DNA of 63,541 nucleotides, counting the filler, from Folioceros fuciformis (taxonomy: Eukaryota), in NCBI GenBank assembly GCA_049999805.1. It is 8 parts of 8 records of this genome, joined end to end, with 100 filler letters (N's around TTAATTAATTAA, not from the genome) between each part and the next. Parts side by side here need not be neighbours in the genome. Positions count along the whole stretch, not along the records: positions 5,344 to 18,872 come from JBNGIO010003879.1; positions 18,973 to 26,050 come from JBNGIO010003880.1; 6 more parts are not named here. One strand, written 5' to 3'. The notes under the pieces were generated by a model that searched no databases, was not told where the DNA came from, and was given only the letters and a program-made list of their open reading frames with translations. Shown here piece after piece: positions 12,005 through 23,500 of the stretch (the stretch's first letter is position 1; each line of letters starts with the position of its first letter). A program made the position numbers and the translations under genes.

Positions 12005-15000
12005 CTAGGGTACCCACACTGCATCGGACGACAGGCTAGGCGAACTGTCGGTAAACGACAAATCCGGATACTGGTAGGTCGGCCTTGGAGTCGACAGAGC
12101 GGTTCTCTCAGGCGGACATTCCCTTTCTTCCAGCTCCCCTGATCCCATGGCGATTGCGTCCTTGAGCTCCCGGATAATGTCACACATGCTGGGCCTGTGA
12201 TGCCCGTGGGGCTCCACACTCAGCAGTGCTATCTCCGCCACCTTCCACGCGGCCTCCAGCCGGTAATCCTTTTCTAGACGAGGATCCAGAATGCCTTGAA
12301 CGTCACCGCGTTGAGCCAGGGTCCTTGCCTGAAATCATGCTGAATGACGTCAACATTCCTTCATCCTATCTATCGAACCATGGTTCGACATCCAAGCCAC
12401 GCACGTACCCAATACACGATGGTGTTTTCAGGTGGATGTTGTCCGGAAAATATGGGCTCCCTCCCTGACAAAATCTCCAGCAGCACTACTCCAAAGCTGT
12501 ACACATCACTCTTCTGCGTCAACCGTTGCAAAACGTAGTAACTGCACATAAGAACAAGGTCATATTGTGGTCAGCGGAATCAGAAATTTCGGATGCTAAC
12601 AGCCCTACAGCTCATGAGTTGCGGTGTGAATGTACTCTGGATCGAGGTAGCCCACCGTCCCCTGGATTGAGATGGTGTAGTCAGCCTTCCCCTGCTCGGG
12701 CATGAGCTTGGACAGCCCGAAATCGGCTACTTTGGCACTCAAATCCGAGTCTAGCAAAATATTGCTGCTCTTCACATCTCTGTGGATGATGGGAGGATTA
12801 CAACCCTCGTGAAGATATTGCAAGGCCGTTGCGGCATTCAGCGCAATGCGAAGTCTGGACATCCATGCCAAACTTCCCATCTTACTCTCTGGCCCTGACC
12901 GTTGCAACACAAGACCAAGCAACGTCGAATTAAAAACATGCTTTCACGTGTTCAGGCATCCAAGACTGGGTTGCGTCACAGCCAGTTATACCACTAAGAT
13001 GATCCTTCAAGGTGCCATTCGGCATGAATTCGTAAACAAGCATACTCTCTTTATCATCGCAACAGTAGCCCAGCAGAGAAACCAAGCACCTGTGGTGCAC
13101 CCTGGAAAGCAAGGCAACCTGAAACACATGTTGTTAACAAGACGTGTTATCAAATCAACATACAGTTCTTTGAAGCAGAATTTACACCAGCCACACGGAC
13201 CTCAGGTTGCTCTTGGTGCCCTTACCTCGTTGAAGAACTCCTTGGCTCCCTGCCGCGAGTCAGCAGCCAGAACTTTCACAGCAATTTCCTGTCCGTCCCT
13301 TAATCTGCCATAGTAGACGGGCCCAAAGCCGCCCTGCCCTATTTTTCTTCTGTACTGGTCCGTAGCCTCCGTTAGCTCTTGCCGTGTGAACTGACGTGCT
13401 TGCGCGCCATCCTCATCCTGACCAAACCGTTCCATCGACACGGCTGATGCTGAGGTTGTTGTTGCTGATGCTGATGCCAAGGTGGACGTTGATGTTGATG
13501 TATCATTTAGAGGATCTGTCGATGTACACAGGGAGCGTCATGCAAGAAGAAATACCATAGTGCTGAGATGCAAGCGAGGGAAAGACCAACGATACCCGTC
13601 AACACCCAGGTGAATGGATACCCTTGAGAGATTCTTCTACGTGTGCTTGCTTCGTTTTTCGTGATCGCATGTAGACAAAGTAGAATGCAATAGCTGCAAC
13701 CAGCACTACAAGACCGCCGGCAACTCCTCCTGCGATTGCTTTCACCAGAACTCCAGCCGATGACTTTGAGCACCCAGAGGCACACAATCTTGAATTACCA
13801 TCGTACCTTTAGAATTTCAACGACGATCATAAGACAAGTCATGAGCTCAGTCATCTGCAAAAGAGTTTTGAAAAGTGGAGTGAGAGACAGGAGGCCGACC
13901 GCACATCAGGCCAGAGGGTTTATCAGCTTAAAGGGAACTCACAGAAAGTTCAGGTTTTGTTTTGTCAGAAGACCGGGAGGGATGGTTCCCTGGAAATTGT
14001 TGTTCTGAATGAACCTGGACACACCACGTCGTTACATGAGACAAGCTTTTGCACAGCCTGAGGAGGAGCAACGAAGGTGTAGGTTTGAAGCAGTCTAGAT
14101 ATCCAACTTCAGCACCTGTAAAAGCTTACAATTCATTTAATCTACTCAAAGTCACAAGTGATTGTGGTAAGCTTCCACTGAAGCTGTTATTCTGGACATG
14201 TCTGCAACAACAGGGCAGGAGTGACAGTTACGTTCGACAAAAATCCAGCTTCGCAAGCATCGGTAACGGAATCGTCCAGGGAAAGCAAGCACCGAGTACC
14301 TACAGTGTTGTTAGACTGGTCAGCTGAGACAAGTCTGGCAAGGACCCTGTAAGATGATTGTTATCCAGCCACCTGCAACGACAGGTAATGCGTTCAGAGA
14401 CATTGAAATGAAGCCAAACTGGAAACGAACTACATGGGAGGTTTCAGTGGGCATACAGATTGACGAGGCTCGTCATTTGAGAGATGCCTGTGGGTATCTG
14501 GCCTGTCAGGTTCTTTCCTGAGAGGTAGCTGTGATATTGCAGGTCAACTTGTGAGGTTCCTGTTCAGGGCTGACAAGGTAAAAGTTTTTTGACAAGGGAC
14601 TCAAGGGGACGGGTGCTCTTACATATCTGTCACACGGGGGGGTGAAGTGGAGCTGCAAACGACCCAGTTCCATGGCATCGGCAAACAAGGGTCCCCTTCC
14701 CAGACCTCCCGTAGAAGTGACCTAAACTCTAAGAGTCCTGCCTCTGCCAAGTTCAAGCCTCGAGGTCAACAGCGGTCAAATACAATGTCATGCAGAAACT
14801 TAGGGAGCACACGTCTACAAAGCAGATGCTCACCGTCTACATCCAACGTGGGAGCAACAATGGGCAGGATTTTGAGAATCTCCAATGCATTCAAGATGGG
14901 CCCGACGTTGGAGGTGGGAGTGGATGTGAATTCGAACTGCAGCAGCTGAGGAAGACTGACATTGTCGAATCCCGGCTCCCAGGCCACATAACTTCCTTGA

Positions 15001-16285
15001 TTTTTCTGAAGATTGACGGAAAAATTGTTCAAAGAGGGGTCACCACCCAGCAAGGAGAAGGTGAATTCCCGTTTCGCGCCTGCTGGTAGGTCCACAATCT
15101 CTGCAAGGTAAGCAGAAGCATATGCGGAGGCTGGGAAACCCGGCAGATAGATGCCAAAGAAGAGCTTATTGTCTCCGCCAACAACAGCCGTTTGCATGAC
15201 CTTGGCAGGGGGCCTGTCCTGAGCTGCAATAGACGATACTCCCACGTCCACCGTCCTGTTTGTGCTCACAGCATAGGTTCCCGCAGCTTCGTTTTGTACA
15301 GTGCCTGGCACCATATCAGACATCCACAGGCGGTCGACAGGGTCATCAGGAAACCTGAGAAGCAAAGGGACGAGATTAGTCCGACTTGTTCAATGTCCAG
15401 GACTCCAATTGGGTCGGGTCCCGCTATCGTCATCACTGTGCTGCTGACCACCGAAGGCAGCGTCGGGGGAGTTACCGGACAGGATATGGTGACCGAGCTC
15501 CGAAGTTGATGCGAGTGGTGTACTTGAGGTGAGCGTAGGCCTCATAGTCCCGTGCATACATGGCCCCCAGCAGAGGGCGCAACTCCAAGGCAGATATGAA
15601 GGGGACTCCCACGGACCGCTGCATGAGGCAGACTGCGAAGGAAGCGGTCTTGGCAACGGCGATAATTTCCTCAAAGTAGGTGAGCGATGCATTCACAATC
15701 TGGATTGTGGCCCACGGGGTGGCATCCAGGGAGAGGTCGAAGACTGGGTACACATCTGCTCCGTCGTAGCGGCCGTGTAAGAAGGTGGCTCTGATGAGGT
15801 ACCTGGATGCCAAATTCACCTGCAGAATGGGGGCAAGTAAAGTGAGTTGCGTCACCAGCTGGCACTGGGCAACCAACCCTTGGAGCTGACAAAATTGCGG
15901 GGCGCGGACTGCATTGCATGGGCAGTGGCCTCACAGGTCCCAGAGTGTAGCAATTCTTGCTGTGGTTGGGTGAAGCAAAGTAGCGCAATGTGCTTGTGTA
16001 GGGGGCCGGGGAATCGACAGCCACCCGGGCTGTGGAGCCGGAGGAAACATAGCCCGTGTCAGGGAGCCATGAAATAGTAGTGGTCGGGTCCACGTAACTG
16101 TCGGTCGCCCCACAGTCCAGACTCACGAAGCCTGCAGACCGAGCCGAGGCTGTGTGAGAAGCTTGCGAGAAACCTGAACCTCAACAGATAATTCACAAGT
16201 TGCACTGACCAGGTTGGGCAGCGGAACGTCCTAGGAGTGGGAGGCAGACGAGGACCCGCAGCAGGAGCTCCTTCCGTCGATCCAT
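12005..16285 (-). CDS. Malectin-like domain LRR receptor-like kinase (LRR-I family), multi-exon
   Basis: Signal peptide [26 protein letters not shown]. Malectin-like motifs [42 protein letters not shown] and PILNALEI. Short LRR exons and a TM segment. Kinase motifs [31 protein letters not shown] and [10 protein letters not shown]. Confidence 0.93.
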
Positions 16286-17325
16286 GGTATGTCGTGACTG
16301 ACGCACCAGGCCAGCAGCTGTGTCATGAAGAAGATTGTTTTGGAGGGCACGGCTGCGAAGCAAGTAGCTCATCGGCATTCAAAGGTGGGCGGCGGACCTG
16401 AAGCGTTTTTGATGAGAGCGCCCTGGGCGGGGGCGGACGGTTTGTGGCAGGGACATTTCTGGCTTAGGCTCGTGCGAAGACGCAAGCAATTGGGGCAGCG
16501 GGCCCGGCTTGTGCTTCCCAGCAATGCGGCTGACTTTCCAGGCCCCCGTACCTGACCGCACGTTTCTACCATCGGGAATGGGGAGAAGGCTGAAGTAGCG
16601 TCAGGTAAGGCCTCGTCTCTAGCCAGTTTGGTCTTCCACCACCGACAACGAAGACCCTTCGCTGCACTGGCTTTGCTTCCGCCCGCTTTCTCATTCACAT
16701 TGCAGGCAGAGACTAAGGCCCTCCAGCAGTCTGGCATACGACGAGCTATTGGCTAGGAAAGAGACCAGAGCAGGCCAGCATCCCAGCATCCTGACAGTCC
16801 CTTCCTTACACGCATGTGAACTGCCATCTACTACTAATGCAAGTACTGTCCCGGACCGCGGCCACAGGCCTGTACAGTACACTGTCACAGTTGCTGCTGC
16901 CTGCCTGCGCATGTTTGCGCAGTATGTACTCATCAACCATGAGTGTGATAGCTCATCCCCGTCCGGACCTCCTGATGCTCAGTGCCTTTGTTCAAGGCAG
17001 CAGCACCGTCACCACCAACTGATTGTGCAGTAGATTGACAGACAGATATCATTGCTCAACAAACCCCCAGTCGCGCTCGATGGCAATGTGTACATACACA
17101 GCTGAAAACCACCAAGACGTATTGGGGGCAGGGACGCCAAACATTTTTTTTAAAAAGATATAAAGAAACCAGCCGAACCTCGAGGGACAGGCATGCGCTC
17201 GTACTTCACGCCTTTACTACGGCACTGCCGACCTCTCCCGCACTTTTGGGATGCTAGATCACTACCCTTTACGGACTTTAAATAACCCCAAGTACCAAAC
17301 CCCCAAGATGCCACACCATGTGATG

Positions 17326-18817
17326 CTACAGGATCTTCCCTCGAATAATAGCTTCCGCTTTCCGCACTTCCTTCGTGAGTCCTATGACGAAAATCTGCAT
17401 TCACAGTGGCCGCTCCATTTATTCCCATCCGACACCATGCATGTATTGAAGGTGTGCTGCACAAGCACAGCAGGAGAAAGTTACCTTATCTGGAGGACCC
17501 TTAGCTCCACCGATGAAAATGTCGGCTCTGCAAGTGAATATTCAACGACAAGAAAAGCACTCAGCATCCCGCTTAAGGGGGCAAACACACAAATCCATTA
17601 TTTCCAGCTGATGTGCATACCGGCAAGACTCCTTGATGGACAGAATGGATGCCCCTTTCTTTCCGATGATGCGACCCATTTTGCCATGTGGAACATCCAC
17701 AACTGCCAGAACTTCTTCTTGGGCGTTCTCGTCCAATTTGGGATGGTCTGCAAGGCATGGTATCAGGGGACAGGCCACAAATACAGGCAACGCAGCACAT
17801 CCTAGGGCAGCAATTGAAACCCTGGCGTACCTGGATAACTGGGTAGACGCGGCCACCCTGTAAAGCCCTCGTTGCCCGCACAGAAACAACGACAATACAG
17901 GGCTCCTCTGATGTACAGTTGGGACACGCTGTTTGACGCCAGCTGTTCAGCCATCTTATGGTAAATCCTAGGAAGAAACCGGACATCGTCGGAGGCCACA
18001 CGCTTCATCATTTCGGTCCAGGGTCTGTGAGTCCAGAACAGAGGATCCTGCCGATGAAACACAGCACTGTCATAACAAGTAGCAAGGAGTCGTTTACTCG
18101 CTTCTGGAATTGAAGACATGGACTTCCTCTCACTGCTCACCTTTCTTAGAAGCGTTCGAACTTCTTCCTTCTCACAATACTTGACTCCTGACCAACAACG
18201 AAGACCAAGAAAAAGAAGATTACGTATAAACCCTTGGGACCCTGTCAAGAAGGAGGATTCACAGAAAGGACGGGTCTTCCAACGGGACGCCGAAGGTGGC
18301 GGCACACACCACAGTATCTTTCATCTGCAAGAAGACCAACGAAAGAGATGTAGTCGTCCGGAATCCACTTTTTCCCATTTTGTTCTTCGATGAGAGTGTA
18401 CGCAATCTGCACAAATTGAGACAGTGTTACGGCAAGGGTCAAGCTGTTGCAGTCCACAACTTTGTTCAAAAGACAAGATCTCGACGTGCCTCAAACAGTC
18501 TACCTGCGTATCAAACACATTGTTCAAGCGGATGCCGTACTGGAAATAAAGAGCCTGCAGACAAGGAAGTAGCTAATGTGATTCCAAGTCCAGATAGAGT
18601 GTTGCGGCATCCACACTTCTATGTGCTCTTCACCCTAGAGTCGGCGCACAACAGATCCAATTCCAAAAGGCTCCGAAAACAAACCTCGCTATCACGTTTG
18701 CAATCATGCACAACTTTGGTAACATAGGGTGATTCCAACCCCGGCTTGCAAGCTTGCATCAGCGCGTCGCCGCCTTCCACGGCATCCACCAAGTAGACAC
18801 CATCCGAGAACGCCAGC
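17326..18817 (-). CDS. DEDDy 3'-5' exonuclease (EXD1/Egalitarian-like) with a C-terminal KH domain (At2g25910-like); 5' exon(s) lost at the scaffold end
   Basis: Exons encode LQLAFSDGVYLVDA, TKVVHDCKRDSEALYFQYGIRLNNVFDTQIAY, DPLFWTHRP...ASDDVRFL, the KH motif VPHGKMGRIIGKKG, and a last exon IFVIGLTKEVRKAEAIIRGKIL*. Confidence 0.92.
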
Positions 18818-19157
18818 TGCAGAGCCAATTATTCCACATGAGCTTTCCAGGCAGCGTCGGTCGGGCTTGCATNNNNNNNNNNNNNNNNNNNNNNNNNNNN
18901 NNNNNNNNNNNNNNNNTTAATTAATTAANNNNNNNNNNNNNNNNNNNNNNNNNNNNNNNNNNNNNNNNNNNNTAGGCGGGGTACGGGCAACCATTTGGTA
19001 ATGCATTGGTCCCAAACACAATGTTTGTGGAAAAGGTGAGTCGAAAACTGCCCACTCGAGATACTCCAGGGCCGCCTAACGTAGTTATCGCGTGACCAGA
19101 ATCACCGTGGGCAGCACCATGATCAAGAGCATGAAGAAGCTAAGGCGTTGGCGTAAG

Positions 19158-20069
19158 TGATTATTACATTGAGGTTTTAAAAACGCTTAAAACAGAGAGC
19201 TAGTTGTAACCGTTTTAACCTAACTTAAATACGAACCGTTATTGGCTTAGTGTCTGAATAGGTGATTGCCAATCCTACACGCCCCCTCAGGCCTAATGCC
19301 AATCTAATCACATCAGCAAAAACTTGAGGCGAAGCGCAAATTCTGGTCTCCACACAGCTAGTTTTGGTGAAGCGAACGCATTCCGAATTCGCGCCCCCTT
19401 GCTATGGCTTGTGCATGCTGGCTAATCGCTCTCCTCTGTCCCATGCTCACCGCAAGGTGATTGAGAGGTAGAGCAGTACCCGAGCATCAACCATGTGTGA
19501 AGATCCGCTGCAAGCTGGGCTGATAAAAGCTAAAATAGGCGCGTGCCTCTTCCCATCATAGTAACTCATGCCTGCAGCATTGGTATGGCAATAAAACTAA
19601 GAGGTTCGTGAGTCCTGATTCGTTTACCTTGATGCTTCATCCAGGACTGATTCATGTGTGTGTAGTTGATGCAAGATTGGCTCCAGTGACTAAGTTGTGC
19701 GTAACACACAGGGATGTGTTCTCTGCGGAAGCCAAAATGCTGCATCAGAATCTTAGGCTGCTGTTGCTGTGGCATGTTGCTTGTTTTCAAGATAAGTTGT
19801 TGTTCCCGTTAAGCCCAATGTGGTGCGATGTTGTGCATGTGTTGCCTTAGGAAGGCCCTTAATTAACAGGTCAGCAACATTCTCTGTTGTGTGCACATAT
19901 TGAAGCTGGACCATGCCTGTTTCAACTGCTTGACGAATAAAATGGAACTGTATCTCAATGTGTTTCGACCGAGCATGAAGAATAGGATTAGCTATGAGAG
20001 CAATAGCGGATTGATTGTCACATGCTAATATTGTGGCTACCGGTTGCTTCCAGTGAATGCTATTAATTT
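19158..20069 (-). mobile_element. 3' remnant of a Copia element: RNase H fragment, PPT and short 3' LTR (19158-19279)
   Basis: CDNQSAIALIANPILHARSKHIEIQFHFIR...ADLLIKGL. On the minus strand the PPT TGAGGGGGCG is immediately followed by TGTAGG...ATCA. Confidence 0.8.
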
Positions 20070-20244
20070 TGTAGACAGCGGGGAGCGAGAGCCGGAGGGC
20101 GAGAGGCATTAGTATACAAACTATCCAAATGATTAAGTGTTGATAAAGAACAAAAAAGGGTCTTTAAATATAGTTTCGAAGTACTATCCACAGAACCCTA
20201 ACCTAGCCGGTTAGTTGACCAGTGTAGGGTTATCCCTTTCAACA
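20070..20244 (-). repeat. 3' LTR (175 bp) of Copia element A, inserted into the older Copia remnant
   Basis: TG...CA termini, preceded on the minus strand by the PPT AAGAGGGAG. It truncates the neighbouring RNase H frame. Confidence 0.7.
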
Positions 20245-20363
20245 CTCCCTCTTAACCTAACGGCGTCAACGGATTACGGCATAGAGGGGAACGTCGATAC
20301 GTTCCGTTCTGTGGAGAAGCGGAAGCGCCATCGCCCAGCACTGTCGAGCTCCAGGCGCCCAAG

Positions 20364-20597
20364 ATGGGCAAATCCACGACGGAAACCCTCACTGTGGCGG
20401 CTCTCCTCGTTGCTCTAGCAGATGGAAGACAGGAGCATCAGAGCTGGACGCCATTGAGGGTGGAACAGCTGATCAAATTTGCTGGTTGGGAGGGCAAGTG
20501 GTCGATGGAGATCGCCATAGCCAGAGTTAGGCGTGCCGAAGAAGTCCTCAAGCGGCCTGAAGACACCAGCACGGAGCACGCCCGCGAACTGCTGTAG
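20364..20597 (+). CDS. Antisense ORF (77 aa) in the 3' region of Copia element A, unknown function
   Basis: Open ORF between RNase H and the 3' LTR. Its C-terminal part aligns without gaps to the equivalent antisense frame in element B. Confidence 0.45.
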   Translation: MGKSTTETLTVAALLVALADGRQEHQSWTPLRVEQLIKFAGWEGKWSMEIAIARVRRAEEVLKRPEDTSTEHARELL

Positions 20598-23500
20598 ATG
20601 GCTGCCAAGGTCCCCTTGCCCATGGAATTTGTGCCGGCCACCAGAGGGATGGAAGGGAGTACTGTAGAAGCTGGAGCAGAGTGATTAGATCAGGTATATG
20701 AAGCTTCATCCACCTGCAACAGCATGACAAAAAAAAAGGACACTGACGGACTGTAGATATGGACTGCAGGAGACGGTGCCTGGAGAGGAGCAGCAACAAG
20801 GGAACTTAGGTTCCCNNNNNNNNNNNNNNNNNNNNNNNNNNNNNNNNNNNNNNNNNNNNNNNNNNNNNNNNNNNNNNNNNNNNNNNNNNNNNNNNNNNNN
20901 NNNNNNNNNNNNNNNGTTCAGATCCAGCTGCGGTAGCTAGAGTCATGACACTGAGTCGAAGTAGGCAGAGTAATCCTGCAGGCCGAGTCCCGTCATGTGT
21001 GTATAGTGCTTGAGCTTAGGGAGCGGCTTGGTGAAGATGTCGGCAGTGTTCAGCTCGGTATCGACATAACCAACCCTCACCACGCCACGTGCAGATACAT
21101 CTCGGATATAATGGTGTTGTATTTCGATATGCTTCGTGCGAGCATGATACCGGGGATTGGCAACAAGGTCAAGAGCACCAGTATTGTCGCAGAGGATAGG
21201 AGTGGGAGAAAGTTGAGGATGACCAAGATCAGCCAGAAACTGTCGAGCCTACTCTGCCTCCTTGGAGGCTTCTGTAAGAGATTTGTATTCAGCCTCCCTC
21301 GAGGACAGGGCTATTGTCGTTTGTTTCTTGCAGCTCCAACTCACAGATGCATTGGCCAGCAAGAAACAGTAGGTTGACAAACTGCGACGTCCATCACTGT
21401 CCGAACCCCAGTCTGCATCCGTGAAACCAGAGAGATGGAATGTGCCTATACCACTCCGTTTGTAGAATAACCCATAGGTGTGAGTGGCCTGCAGGTAACG
21501 GAAAATTCGCTTTACGGCGACCCAATGAGGGCGTCCAGGGTTTTCCATAATTTGGGAAGCGGTGCTCACTGCATACTGTATGTCGGGGCGAGTCCAGTTT
21601 GCCACAAACAAGAGACTGCCAACAGCATGCCTGTAAGGGACATTTGCCATATCCTGTTTTGCTTCAGTGGTGGTAGGACATTGAGAAAGCGTCAATTTGA
21701 TGCCCACAGCTGAAGGTGTAACAGCTGGGCGAGCTTGATCCATCTTAAACTTATGCAGGATCTCACGGATATATTTGTGCTGATGGATAATGAGTAGCCC
21801 TTCTTCACGAACGCGGAGGATCTGTATCCCTAAACAGAATTTTAGATCGCCTATGTCCTTCATTTCAAATCTGTCGCTAAGCATCTGCTTGACTTCTGCT
21901 AACAATGCTTTGCTGTTCGTGACCAGGATAACATCATCGACATATAAGGCAACGATGACGAAGGCAGTGCCCCTGGTCAATCTGTAAACATTTGTATCTG
22001 CAGCACTTTGGACAAACGACAGGCCTAGCAGGTAAACGTGAATGGTGAAATACCAAACCCGTCCAGACTGTTTAAGTCCGTAAATGCATTTCAGCAGTTT
22101 AAGGACCTTCTTAGGATGCTGTTTGCTAACATACCCTTCCGGTTGTTGCATGTACAGTTCTTCATCTAAAGAGCCATAGAGATATGCTGTGCAGACATCC
22201 ATCTGCCATAAGTCCAAGTCAAATTCTGCAGCCAGAGCCAGTAGCATGCGAATAGATTGAGACCGAACAACAGGAGAAAATGTCTCCTGATAGTCCAGAC
22301 CCTCCACCTGGGTAAAACCACGGGCCACAAGACGGGCCTTATACCTGGCAATCTTGCCCTCAGCATTCAATTTATGTTTGAAGACCCATTTGCATGAAAT
22401 GGGTTTGCGGCCAGGTGGCAAGTCCACAAGAGTCCAGGTTTTATTTTTAATCAATGACTGGTACTCGTCGTCAACAGCCGCATACCATTGCTTGCTATCA
22501 GGTCCGTTGTAAGCCTCAACCAAGGTGCGTGGCTCATCTGGTATGGCTGATGGAGCAGTGTGAGTAGTAGCTGGGGCTGCCCGGTGACGAAAGTCAATAG
22601 ACTGATAGCGTGGTTCGGCCCATTGATCGGGTGGTGGTCGGTGGCGTCCTGAGCGGCGAGGAGCAACTTCTTCAGGATCACGGGTAATCTCAACGGGAGG
22701 GACTATTGGTAGTTGGACGTCCTCAGGTATGTCTTCATCCGCGATGAAGTCGGAGTCGTGCTCATCGGCTACTACTCGGAAGTCCTCGTCAGCCTGAGCA
22801 GGGGAAGAAGGGGCATTTAGGGCTGCAGGATCCGGGGCCGCCTGAATTTCTAATGCAGCGAGTGGTTCCGTTGCAGGAGGGTCAGCAGGCAGTGCGTCAG
22901 TCTCCACAGCGGCATCCAAAAGTCTCACAGCCGGTTCGGTGTCTTGAGGATACATGTGATGGGTAACCTGGTCTTCAGGCACAGGGTACGTAGTAGCTCC
23001 CTCTGTCTCCTCAGGGACAGCCGTAACTCCCTCTGTCTGTGGAGCTTGAGCAAGCAATGGAGAGTGAGGTTCGATGAAGGTGACACTGCGTGCAAGGGAC
23101 ATCTTCCTTGTAGTTGGGTCATACAGCCGATATGCCTTGGCCTGCTCACTATACCCCACAAAAACTAGGGCTTGAGCTCGTGGGTCTAACTTCTGGCGTT
23201 TCTTTGCAGGAATGAAAGCATACGCACGAGAGCCAAAAACTCGTAAGTGCAGCAGGCTGGGTTTCTTCTTATGGAGGGCCTCATAAGGAGTCTGGTTCGG
23301 GACAGAGCTCGTAAGAATTCTGTTCAGAACATACGTCGCAGCAAAGATGGCCTCTGCCCAATACACTTGAGGTAGACCCGACCAGAGTAACATGCTCCGC
23401 GTCATAGAGAGCAAAGACTGGTTTTTCCTCTCCGAGACCCCGTTCTGCTGGGGTGTATAAGGAACAGTCAACTGTCGCTGGATCCCCTCCGCAGCAAGGT

